Shown here: positions 39,287 through 52,365 of the stretch, piece by piece
How positions within the stretch are numbered: position 1 is the first letter of the stretch
Layout: each line of letters begins with the position of its first letter
NCBI RefSeq assembly: GCF_026571515.1
Contig: NW_026860662.1
Span: 1 to 64,000 of the forward strand
Source: Ruditapes philippinarum
Taxonomy: Eukaryota
DNA length: 64,000 nt
Direction of reading: 5' to 3'
Translations under genes and position numbers: made by a program
Notes under the pieces: model-generated
Databases searched by the model: none
What the model saw: the letters and a program-made list of their open reading frames with translations, nothing else
Told to the model about the DNA's origin: nothing

Positions 39287-42004
39287 GACAACATTCTTGC
39301 TGTTATGAAAACAGATTATTAGAAGGTCTTCAATGAAGTAGGCATTTTTTCTTTGTTGTGTCATTCTTTTTATATATGATACTATGAAACTGGTGAGTGT
39401 ACTGTCTCCTCCGATATATATTTAAAAATAAATTCATATAAAGCAAAACAACCTTCATAAAACTGTAAAAAAATCATTATCATAGATAGTCCTAAAATGA
39501 TCCACATAATTATAAGTAGGTTGGAATAAAATCTCTTTTTAAAGGAGTTTTTTTTTTCTTTAAGTTTGAGCTCCGGTTAACTGTATAATACATGGTTTGT
39601 ATGTAAGATTGACCTTAATTCCACAAATAATATATATTTTAATGGCATGCAGCCTGTACATAAGATTAATTGCGATTATTAGGTTTATGCTAACACTTTT
39701 AAAAAAGATTAACCGAAAATACATTCAGGTGTTTAAATGTGTTGTGGAACATTTAATGTAGGTGAGTACATAATTATATATATTTGTTTATTCAGAATAC
39801 ATAAATATCATTTAATTTTATACCTATACGTTTTCTTGTCACTTTATCTGAAGAAAGTAATACAGAATGGCACTTCATACATTGTTTTGCTCAAGGCGCG
39901 ATGTATGTTAATACACATATCCTTATAGTTCAAATATTTTACATCTTATAATAAAAAAAAGATCACACGAGTGTACTATTCTCTATTCTATTGCAATGAA
40001 TTAAATCACTTTGGTTGATTTTGTTTTATTAAAGTTGCGCCCACACTCATCTGTGGACTTGTTGAAATATAACTCGAGCAGTTTTCCTCTTCCGAAAATC
40101 ATACGCATGCGGTGCTTCATTTTGTATAGTGTCTTATAATGTTATATCGGGGACAGGACTGGTAAATAATTTGAAAGTAAAATAACCTATAAAATGTCAT
40201 TTTGTTTTAATTATCACATTATTAAAACAGTTAAATATATATCTTTATCATTTACATATTCCTCTTAAATATAATGGAACGATTGAACATAGAATAAATT
40301 AAAGTGTGAAAGTTAACGGGTTTGTATTATTACGCAGAAAAAAACAAACTCTCTTCTCATGGACCTTTCTGTCAAGATTGCTACATTTAGTTACAAGATG
40401 AACATATGATATATGAATATAAATTTCTCGTACTTTGATCTGACCATTATATACCTTTACTATTCTTGTGTAACGCTTTATTGATATTCTAAATCGGGCA
40501 CATGTTTTTGTTAACCCGATTTAACTTAATCGGGTTTTATTCAAATTCTGTGCTTGCTTTCATCGTACGTTTTAAAATAAATAACATGTATTTTACGGAT
40601 GTCCGATGTTTTTTTTTTGTTACAGTTATTGTATTACTAAGACCATATAGTGTCTGATAATGGTCACTCATGCCCTTCAGTATATCATTCACATTATTAA
40701 TGCCCTGCCCAATCCGATGGTATAAAACGGAACAAAAAATGTGAAGAATTTGTTGACATAAAATGAACGTACATAAATAATACCAACAGTGATGATTTAT
40801 TAACACCTAATTAATATATAAGCATCCCACGTGTTCATTTTAATATTGCATCGAATATATATAATCGATTAGTAAAAAATAATAAAAGTACAATATAAGA
40901 AACATAAATGAGAGGAGGTCGAGTATTGAAAACAGCGAAGTTGTTATTGTATTTCATGTTTGACAAGTCTTTAACTTTCGACAAAGGTTTGTTGGTATAA
41001 ACAGTACGTGTACCGTTCACCGATCATTATATTGGCTGATAAGTTTTATACATATTTATCCCTAAATCTGTAGATCTATATATTTGTTTTCATTATATAT
41101 GTATCATGTTCAGCTGACAATATGCCGTATTTGATGTTTTATTTCTTATGTTTAACTTTTGTTAAAAATCATGCACATATGCTAAATATGTTTTATTGTT
41201 TAAGGTGACTTATAGGCCCATTAGGCCGGGTGTTAACTGATTGATTGGTTTAAATTTTCAATAAATACATATATTGTATGATGTGGCACATACCACTATA
41301 ATAAACAATTTAAATGTCTACATTATGAAAAGCATAACAGTGGAAAGTATTATAATAATTATGATACTGTAACACGAAACAAAGAAAAGGATAAATAAGT
41401 GTGATTGGAATCAGGTTATTACATAATTATATGGAATCTTTATAAAAAAAATTAAAGCTAGTATTTCTCTTTGCATAGTTCATTCTCTGTATACAATAAA
41501 CTTGATTTTCTATCATTTGGTACTGATATCGATATTGATATTGATACATGATGACGTGATAAAATATATTTATATGTATGTGATTGATCCAATATAAAAT
41601 ATGTTATGTTTCGTCCTGCTCTCTTTACAAATGCTTAGTTAATATGTTTTAATTTCTTATTTTTATAGTATTTACGACTTCAAATAATTTATAATCTTTA
41701 ATTTTTCATCTTTAATAAATCTTGGTACACAGAACAAAATTCAGCTTTGTCACTCATTCAGTTGTACAATGACATAACTTCCTAGTTATGTATAAAAGCT
41801 ATATTGAAATATATCTATCTATAATGACATATTTTGTAAACTAATCAAAATACTGTAAATTTATCATAAAAAATAAATCATTTATTAAAACTATACGAGA
41901 CACTCGGATGAAACAATACACTAACTATTATTGTCAGGATTGCTTTGTTTACAGGTATGTGATGACAGTGATCAGTACCAGGGGTCTCTAGAGATTTCCT
42001 CGTC

Positions 42005-45000
42005 ATGATGACGTCAACAATACTACTATACCTGCTCGTGCTCTCCATCACTGTTACCACAGGTACATCCTCCTTATATAACTCAACACCTATTTGTTCT
42101 AAGTAAATTATATTTATATACATGTATTATAATAAAATGATTGTCTGAAGTCATACACGTCGAGCGAGTCATTTATTTATCACCACTGTAGATTGTAGCC
42201 CGTCATGGGACTTAGGTTTTCCAGGTTTGGAAGCTAGTCCGCATCGGTAGCTTGTTCTACACCGCTATACCTCCTGGAACCTCCTGCCTGAAACAATGCA
42301 AGCCGGGACAGCTAGGTATCCCCGTCGTTTAAGTTGGTATATGACCTTTATTATGCAAATGTGACTCTAAAATATCAGCATGTGTCACTATATGTTTTCT
42401 GGAAAATATTTAAGATTCACATTGTTTGATTTTTATTTTCGTTTGCACTTCAGTGTATAGCCAGTGTGGTGGAACAGCTCTTGTCTTGACTGCAAACAGT
42501 ACATACCAGAACTTTACATCTCCTAACTATCCTACATCTTATAGCAAGTAAGTTTTCATCGTATTATTATATATATCACTCACATAATATATACTCTCAT
42601 ACTGTTTTTAATCAATCTTTTATTATTTATATCTTAGATCAATAGGGACAGCATCGAAATGGTGATACAGGGTCAATGGTTCGATCCTAAGGCGAGGCGT
42701 AATTTCTTTGTGACTATTGACCTCATTCATTGAGTCTAATGGTTATGTGTCTCATTGCTAATTCGGTAATTATGAGGGTTAAGTCATCATTCACTTGCGA
42801 AGAAGCTCGTAACTACAACTTAGTTATCAAGGAATATTGGTTAGGTAGAAGGACAGTCGAGATATGACAAAAATCAAACAGCATTTATAACTGATATATG
42901 TTCATATACGATTTCGGCAACGTACAAAAGAAAACCATATTTCATTGGAAGATGGATTATCCGTCATCCGAGATTGCACATAGATATAATTGAGTCGTGT
43001 CATGACAAAACCAACATAATGCGTTTGCGACCAGCATGGATCCAGCCCAGCCTGCGCATCCGCGCAGTCTTATCAGGATCCATGCTGTTCGCTATCAGTT
43101 TCTCTACTTGTTATACAGTTGGTAAGCGGACAGCATTGATCCTGATCAGACTGCGCGGATGCGCAGGCTGGTATAGATCCATGCTGGTCGCAAACGCATT
43201 ATGTTGGTTTTGTCATAACACGGTTTATATGCATGTAACAACAACAACAATTGTCTATTATTTAAGTCAACAGTCGTGTGAATGGCGTATAGAAGCAGAC
43301 GACAGTAGTCACGCTATCAGACTGGAGGTTTTTGAAGCAGATATAGAGTATCATGCCAAATGTGTCAACGACTACGGCGAGGTATTCGATGGTAGGTCAT
43401 ATCTGCTGCTGATATAGTAATTGTCCTGTCTTGTTTTTTTTTTTATCTAAATTGACTGCCGTAAAAGCTGCAAAATCATTCAAGTCCTGTGAATAATAAA
43501 GTATATAAACAAAAAAATTAACAAAGGGGTGGGTTGACTTTGAAAGAAGCGTAGGATTAGTAAGCCATTAGCTTAGTTGAAACATATTTACTGACGGTCG
43601 ATAGTGAAACAAGATTTTGAAAATTATATAATCACTTCTGAGCCAGCTTCACGGAGCGAGCCAGTACTGTTGTCATATGAAAACCAAAACTTGGGTAGGT
43701 CTCTATAACACTGCTGTATGGAATCAAACGCACTTTTGGGTCCCACAGCAAAGTGTGTAACGTACTTAGGGGTCCAACACCAAAGTACGTCAATTTTAAC
43801 CACAAAAACGAGTTACACAAGTTTTCAACATCGGACAAACGGCCGCACTGTGGTCATAAAATCTAAATAAATAGAAATGAATGAGATTTATGTCAATGGT
43901 AAACTAAAAAAAAGAATAACAATATATTAAGTCGGATAACAATAGCAGATGATAGTAGATGGACCCAAAGTTCGTTTGAACCTGGGATGCGTTGTGACAG
44001 ATTTCGAACCAGTAACCCATTGGTTGAGAGGCAGACATCTTAACTACTAGGGCACCGCTCCCCTTAAAATAGAGAAAAACAGAATCCCTAAAGAAAGCCC
44101 AACACGGCAAAATTGTTAAATTAAGTCATTCTTATATCAACATATTTAATATAGTTATACCTTTTTATAATGTATGCTTTTATAGGTGATAACGTAAACG
44201 CTACGTCACTAGGAACGTTCTGTGGTACGTCTACCCCGAATTACGTCACTACTGATAGCAACATGACTGTTACCTTTATCTCGGATTATAGCGTCACGAG
44301 AACTGGATTTGCAGCCAGATATATATCCGGACCAAGATGTAAGACTTGTAAATCTCTGTTACATCCTATTTCCTTTTGTCGGTAATGTTTGATAAGATAA
44401 CGGTCGTTAGACAAATAATCTCAATGCAAGCGGTGAATAACGTTTCTGCACAATTGACAGTTAACTCTGTAGCTAAGTTCAAATGCCACTAATTTTGATA
44501 ATCGCCCTTTCTGGTGAATTTAGTAGAATACTATTCTTTTGTTTAAATGTTGAGTTTTGCTGAAACTGGTGGTAAAGGAAAGTAGCTTGCACCACGGGAT
44601 TTAATTGTAATTAAAGTCCGTGCTTACACTTACTGCATAAATTGATAGCCAGACTCAATCGAACCGAGCCTTTGATGTTGAAAATCTCAATTTGTTTGTA
44701 CACCATTATTTGATATGTGTCCGGAATTTTATCGTAGATTTTACAAGATGAATTGCGCACGTGTACAATGATACGATATAAAAATGAAATATCAACAAAA
44801 CACAAAATCATATCGTGTTCCCTTTCTTTTCCGTTTTTATACGATAATGTATTTGATTTATTAACTTTAGTTATAGACACATCCAATCGTCAGGTAGCTT
44901 TCATCATATGTGCTAGTACTTATGATGGACATAAGTATAAAACATTTTTCTCATTCAGAATAATTATACCCCCGCACAACAAAGTTGTAAGGGGGTATAA

Positions 45001-46747
45001 TGGAATCAGCTTGTCCGTCCATCCGTCCGTCCGTCCGTCCGGCTGTCCGTCGGTTTTTTCTTGTCTGCCCAATAACGTAAGATTCCTTTGACCCTTAGTC
45101 TTCATATGTGGCATGGAGGTTAGTCATAATTAGTAGATGACCCCTATAGATTTTGAGGTCACTAGGTCAAAGGTCAAGGTCACAGGGGCCTTGACTTCAA
45201 AAAGCTTGTCCGCCAAATAACTTAAGATACCTTTGACCTACAGTCGTCATATTTGGCATGGAGGTTAGTCATGATTAGTAGATTACCCCTATTGATTTTT
45301 TTAGGTCACCAGGTCAAAGGTGAAGGTCACAGGGGCCTTGACTTCAAAAAGTTTGTCCGCCCAATAACTTAACATTCCATTGACCTACAGTCTTTATATT
45401 TGGAATGCAGGTTAGTCATGATTAGTAGATGACCCCTATTGATTTTGAGGTCACCAGGTCAAAGGTCAAGGTCACAGGGACTTTGATTTCAAAAAGTTTT
45501 TCTGCCCAATAACTTTAGATTCCTTTGACCCACAGTCTTCATATTTCGCATGGATGTTAATCATGATTAGTAAATCACCCTTTTGATTTTGAGGTCACTC
45601 GATCAAAGGTCAAGGTCAAAGGGACTTTGACTTCAAAAAGTTTGTCCACCCATTAACTTAAAATTCCTTTGACCCAAAGTCTTCATAATTGGCATGGATG
45701 TTGATTATGACTATAAGGTGACCCCTATTGATTTTGAGGTCACTGGGTCAAAGGTCAAGGTCACAGGGACCTTGACAAAAAAGCTTTTCTTCTCAATTGC
45801 TAAAGAATGTCCTGTCCGCAATGTATTGATTTTGACATTTTCTCATTTGAAGCACGTAGAATACATAACTTAGCAATGCACTGGCTTAGTAACCTCAGAT
45901 TTGGCAGGGAGGTTGTCCTTGAGCTCTAAATGGCCACTGTTGATTCTGACAAAGTGGTATGCGGGGGTATTCACGCCTTGATAGTGGCAGTGCTAGTTAT
46001 ATCATAAATATTTTATATCTTTTCTTTCTTTGCTTTAATTTAGCTAGTCTATTAGATGACGAAGAGGAAGCAAAGGGGATAATGTTGTTTATCATAATTG
46101 GCGCAGCATCGGGTGTAGTTGTTATTTTAATTGTCACTCTGATAGTTTGTCACAAATGGAAGAAATCTAAGAGAGCAAGAGAAAAACAAGCGTGTCAAAT
46201 TGAAGTACAACCGTTCCATGTAGCCAGCAAATGGAGTACTCGCAATCGTGGTATCGATGCCCCACCTATGTTTGGAAATGGAGGAGTTTCAACGCTTTCC
46301 CCGCCTCCACGATACAGTGACGTTGGGCTACATCCGACACCAGGAAATGCAGCAGGACAAACTGATGGGGTACCAAATACACGTTTCGTCGTTCCAGAAA
46401 ACTTTCGAATGGCAACAACACAAATAGGTGGCACCACTAATGGAGTTCTTCCAAACGGAAATGCTGGTGTTGTTACGACGAATATTACAAGTAACACACA
46501 ATCAGACCCCTTGCCGAATGACAATAACAGTCCTGAAAATCCAACCGTCCCACCTCTGAACCTGGCGGGCCAGTCGAGTTCCTCACCTGTACCGGCCCCA
46601 GCACCGGCACCTGTATTAACAAATCAACAGCCGCCTCTCATGCCACGGCGTAATGTTCCTGGTCAAACTCTCAGTGAAGCTCTGTCTAGTAGTGATGACG
46701 ATTCAGATACAGATTCTGATGACTCATTTGACTATATAGAAGCATGA
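42005..46747 (+). CDS. CUB-domain type-I membrane protein, paralog 2 (intact, 377 aa)
   Basis: Exons: 42005-42062 (MMTSTILLYLLVLSITVTT signal), 42454-42547 (VYSQCGG..FTSPNYPTSYSN), 43267-43391 (QQSCEWRIEA..CVNDYGEVFD), 44186-44338 (GDN..GTFCG..FISDYSVTRTGFAARY..GPR), 46044-46747 (SLLDDEEE, TM, HKWKKSKR, PPRY, Pro-rich, acidic end). The total is 1134 nt with an open frame. Confidence 0.92.
42992..43226. mobile_element. Sola2-like palindromic MITE, copy 2
   Basis: Homologous to 32167-32401. Confidence 0.8.
44964..45998 (+). mobile_element. HINE/pearl-type element with (GTCC)n and ~5 x 145-bp tandem array
   Basis: ttatacccccgc..gggggtataa hairpin, then a microsatellite, a tandem array, the subTIR gcgggggtat and a 3' ctagtt end. 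Confidence 0.8.
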
Positions 46748-48052
46748 GAAGTTACTTAATCCAGTTTTGTTTATATTCATTATTACAAGCCTATCATACA
46801 GCTTAAATGGATTAACTTTATAATATTACGGCGTTATGCCCCATGACAAATCTACATTTTATTCAATGAAAATACAGAAATAAAATAATCTATATTTCGT
46901 TTCAAAGAAAAACTATCATTGACTTGTTATCATATGCTCTTAGTATCATTAAGAATCTTTAACAGTGAAACCAGTCTTTATCCTGCTATTGAAAATAGCA
47001 TGTGATATCAGCTGATATGTGCTGGATTACGCCTTTCCGGATAATCCAGCCATTACTTCACATGGTTCAACAATGCGGATGAATATAAACGAAACTATTT
47101 TTTTAATATTTCTGTTTTTGTTGTATGTTAATGTGACTGTCTTCTTTAATGTACAATATAATAAAACAATTGTCTGTGTACGAATTTTAGCATGCAAATG
47201 AAGACCATGTGCAGTGTTTAACATTTAGAAGCACTACAAAATATATATTTTCCCATCTAATCCGGGTGTGCAAACAAACTTTTACCGTAATAGCTTCACG
47301 GTGCATCACAAAAGAGTAATCATCTTATAACAGATGATACATTTTTTTTATAAAAAAAGCCATCCGTGATGTAATTCGGCAATTTACTGCTAAATTTGGA
47401 CTGCAACTTAAACCAATGTTTATTGATATTCGGATGACCGAAAGACCGAGTTAGTCTTGTAAACAGAATGTGTACTTTCGATATCGCTACAATTAGGTTG
47501 CAGACATTTACGATTTTTACGCTCATTTTTGATCGTGTAGAAATCAAAATAAGAACATAACTATCTTTCATTACTCCACTGAATAAAGAACAGAGCAATA
47601 AAACAAATATCACACATATTTACAACTTACGAAAATTCAACAAATATAATGCAATAGCACATGTATGCCAACAAACTATTTAAAGATCCTGTATGTTGTA
47701 ATTAAGGATGTGACAACACTAAAGTGAAATTTTATATTTGTAAATAATTATTCTTCTAAAAAAATTACCAAACATCCAATAATATGTTGAATATGTACTG
47801 CAAATGTTTATTCGCATTATATGTAATCATTAAAATCTATGCATTCATTTGTTATTGAAACATTTGGCTGAGACTTTATCTGAAATAGATTTCTATAACC
47901 TTTTATTTACATGAAATGTAAATTCGAAAATATCTTTGGAAATAATGTTTTTTTTTTTAATTTTTGGTCATTTGGATTATAGCATCAATCATTTTTTTAA
48001 TGGGAGTTAATGGTTTTTCAAATGCATTCCTTTTTGTAAAAGCCTACATATA

Positions 48053-49299
48053 GCAGGGGTGTTCAATTATGAATGTAACGAGGCTAATATCTCGCTTTTT
48101 AGCACGTCTTCCACGAACAAGGTGTATGTATCACATAGATGTAAGCTGTCATTTTATACAATACATGTGTAAATCATTTCAGCCAAGCTTTGACAATAGC
48201 TCGATTAACGCTATCTTCTCGTGTATACTAAAGCTAAAATGGTTGGGAAAAGGTCTCTTCCACTAACCAAAGAGGGTCCTATATCAAGAACCGCTGTATT
48301 ATTGGTATACAGGTGAAATACATATTAAATGAAACATGTCGTGTTTATGGAAACAATGCACATTCATTTACATCTGTGACACAGTGGTGTAAGAAATTTA
48401 AAAGTGATGTGGATTAAGTAAAATATGATCCTCAAAAACTACAACTTTGCCAAAAATGGATGAAAAAGTAAAGGATTTGATTGCTTCTGATGCAAGATTT
48501 ACAACAAAGTACAAAGCTAAATGCGTTGGTATCTCTGTAGGAGCCTCTCATGCAATTCTCAGACGTGATTTAAAAACGAGAAGGATAAGTGCCATATGGA
48601 TATCCCATCTCCTTACAAAGAGCATTTCCTTTCTCGAGTAAGAATCTTCGAACAATTGTTAAAACAGTTCCCTTAATGCAACAATCGATCTTTCGCAAAT
48701 ATAATCACTGGCGATGAGACATGGGTTCACTTTTATGGCCCCAAGCGAAAGATACATGGGTAATATTACACCTTGCCTAGAAAAATGATCCATGAGCGTC
48801 AAATAGTTTACCAATCTCAAGGTCCCGCCATTCAAATTGCCGTATTAAAAGGTAAATCTGTAATGCCCAGTTTTATAAAGATAAAGTCCTTCGAAAATTA
48901 AAGAAATATTCAAAAGCCGTCGACAACCAACTGATCTCTGTGGTGTTAGGTTGTTGCATGTCAATGCTTCGTCACACAAAGCGCCCATTGTACGAGAATA
49001 TATGAAACGCCCTCTCGCCAGATCTTGCCCATAGTGACTTTTTCCTAATTCAGAGGTTCAAAAACACCTTGCCGGAAGAAAATTTCAAACGCAAAAAATC
49101 TCGGTTCGGCTATTTTCCAGTGCCTGAACAGTATACCTCGAAAAGATTATGAAAACGCATTTAAAATTTGATTAAAATATTAAAACTAAGTATATCACAT
49201 GGTGTAGAATATTCTAAAGGATTGAGATAATGATTTTGGCACTGTTTGTTAAGCATTTCTGAAAATTGACCCTGTTGAATTCATATTTAACACCTCTCG
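48053..49299 (+). mobile_element. Decayed mariner transposon (~1.25 kb)
   Basis: TA-flanked TIRs (gcaggggtgttcaattatgaat / attcatatttaacacctctcg). Transposase remnants: WISHLL, ITGDETWVHFY, LLHVNASSH, SPDLAHSDFFL. Confidence 0.88.
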
Positions 49300-50339
49300 T
49301 ATCAGATGCAAATCTCAGGTAACAAAAGTCAAACTTCATATTGTATCTAATAAGTCTGTTATTAAACATGTTTTTTGCTCAATTTCGGTAAGAAAGCCGA
49401 CATGCATATGAATAACAAATATTAAACATTGACTGCAGACCATTTGAAGAGAATGATATAAATACCATGTCGTCTGCTACTGTGGGTGAACCTAGATCCA
49501 CTCCGTACATGCAAATACCTAAACCACTACCCTATAATTCGTTGGTAAGTCCATTTTGTACGCAAGCTAAAAATTCGACGAACATTTGGCCCCCTGTCTT
49601 GTACCTTGAAGATCATCAAGCCATCTTGTTTTTTTATACAACCCTGCGTGTTTGTATACAAAGAAACAACGTTGAGTCAATTCGGCTCTTATTTAAAAGT
49701 TTAAACAACAACTCCGAACGCGAAACACCTTTTTAAAACTACCACTTCAAGAACTTTCATAACTACAGAGGTCAATATAATTGCACAGTAGTTGTCAATG
49801 TTGTCTTCTCTTTAACATCTCGTTTCATGTTGTCGGTGACGTAACTTTAGCTAGAATAGGAGACATAACGCCACTATTAGTTGTTCATATTGTAAATTGT
49901 CATCTCCACCCACTTTTCCTCTAGGACATGAACTAATGGCATCGTTCACAACTTCCTGCAAGACGATGACATCCAAATCCGCAGTTGACTGAATTTAACG
50001 ACCAACCAAGTCTTCCAGTCTTTATCAAAAATTTTTTAAGGGGGGAAAATTTAAAAAAAATCCTCTTTTCCCAAAATGGTTCACTAGGTTTTAACTACAT
50101 TTTAACCCTCAAAATCCATACATATAGTTTCTTTGTTTACCCGTCAACCATTTTCCTTTTTTTGGAAAATGTTTGATAAGAGTTGTTACAAAAAAAAACA
50201 ATGGGGGACGCATTCATTTTTGACTCGGCATTATTTTTTTATGACTCGGCATTTTAAAAAAAATTATATAACAAAATCTACAGACTTTATAGTACAAAAA
50301 GAGTTTGTAAGTGATTATCGTATAAATGAGGTAGTACGT

Positions 50340-51459
50340 ATGTCAACAAAGCAGCAAAGAAAACGTCAGAAGGTACAGATTGGTTCAAATTCAAGTGACA
50401 CTGAATACATAGAAATAAAAATGGCGGCCAGCGCCGATGTAAACAATAAAAAGGGAGCGAAATCTAATTCACATTCACATTTCCATCAAACTGCATAACT
50501 TCGAACCCGTTTGGGGTTACTCGTGATCATCACGTTGGTGCCCAAGCACAGCATCCCAATCATACAGACCCACATAAGCTCTATCATGACTATATATCTG
50601 CTAAACTCGATTATGTAGTCAGTAAATTATCCAAACTTGATTATATAGATTATATAGAAACAGATATTTCCACAAATAGAATCCAAATTTTCGAAGCAAA
50701 ATCACAAATCCAAGACGTTATTACGAGTTAAACTCTCGTCAATGACAAATATGACCCCGTCATGTAAACTCAATAACACACGATAAAAATATCCAATGTA
50801 TACAGGGTGAAATAAAAGTGCTGACAGGCAGAAATATGACTTTAAGTAAACAATTTGCACAACTTCAAGATGATATCACAGATCTCCGGTGCCGTTCTAT
50901 GCGAGACAATATGGTAATTTTGGGTATCTCTGAACATCCAAAACAGCTGCAAGATTCCATTGGCGGAGCCCCTTCAGTCCCAATACACCCACAACCTGAA
51001 CCAATCGAGGTTGAAGAAAGTGGAATGGAAACATCTCTACCTACAATGGTCACAACTCCGAACTCATATGCAGGGGTTGCTGCTCCCGAAAATTGCTCTG
51101 ATAAAGTGTATGTGTTTTGTGAGAAAGTTTTGAATATCAAAGACGCTAGATCCTGCATTCGCATTAATCGTGCCCATCGGTCTCCGAGCAATCCCATTAC
51201 AGGCAAAACAAGGCCAATCATCATTAACTTTGACACTGACTCAAAAATCTTAGTTAAGGTTGCCTTTAAATCTGTTAAACTCAAAGACACCCCATATTCA
51301 GTGTTTGACCAGCTCCCGAAAGAAGTTCAAGCACGTAGGAAGCAGCTTATCCCGAAGATAAAGAAATTACGCGAAGCTGGAAACACAGCTTATCTTGTCA
51401 GAGATAAGCTGTACATTTACAATGTGCTTTACTCTCCCGATCCCAACCATACTACGTAG
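50340..51459 (+). pseudogene. LINE ORF1 (coiled coil + RRM/CTD type), frameshifted 5' part
   Basis: RCRSMRDNMVILGISE, RINRAHR, RPIIINF, DQLPKEVQARRKQL..AYLVRDKLYI. Confidence 0.8.
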
Positions 51460-52365
51460 GACGGACGAGAAGAGTGTACCAACACTATAAAGTGTTTAGA
51501 ATTGAGTACCGCTCAAGCCGGTGCTAGGGGGCGTGAGGGATGTTGCACTTATTCATTATCCCTCATGTACAGACTTAATCAAACCGAGTCTGCAATTCTT
51601 ATGTTATTTTGTTGTGATTAATGATTTCGAGGGATCACTTTGTTTCCAGAATTTTTTATCAATCCTATCTTGGAATGTTGAAGGATTAAAGCAATATTTA
51701 ACGGACAATGAATTCTTAAACTTTGTCACAAATTTTGACTTCATTTTTGTTAGTGAAACGTGGCAATGCATAAATGATGAATATTGTATTGATGATTATG
51801 TTTCGATATGTGTGCCTAGGCCTGAAAGTGTAGCATCAAACAGACATAGTTATAGAGGTCACGGTGGTGTTTGTCTTTATATTAGAAACATCATACAAAA
51901 TAGCATTACTGTTCTTGAAAAACACACAGCTGGTTTTATAGTTGTCAAAGCATGTAAAGATTTCTTTTGTCTTGAAAATGATATTTGTATATGTTTTGCA
52001 TATATTCCACCAAATGATTCCCCTTATTGTAGACTGCATTAATTTGGTTATTTTGAACATTTAGAACATTATATTAGAAAATACAACGATCTTTATAAAA
52101 TGTGTGTCATCGGTGATTGAAATGCCAGAACTGCAGATAGAAATGATTTATAAGTGTCATCGAGTGTGTTTGATAAATATGTTCACACACTTGACCAAAA
52201 TACGGAAGAGTGTCCATTACTTTTAAATATTAGGAAAAGTGAAGATATGATTTGTAATGCGTCTGGATTGAAATTGCTTGATATCTGTCGTACTTCTGAA
52301 TTAAAAATTGTTAATGGACGAATTGGTGATGATGAGGGAATTGGTCGTTTGGCTTACTTGTCCAG

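Noticed and set aside
39167-39364. Poly-Ile/Asn ORF
   Set aside because: It is a translation of the (TTA)n microsatellite
45959-46043. N-terminal extension of the 262-aa ORF (likewise 42974-43266)
   Set aside because: It is intron/TE sequence upstream of clear acceptors at 46044 and 43267
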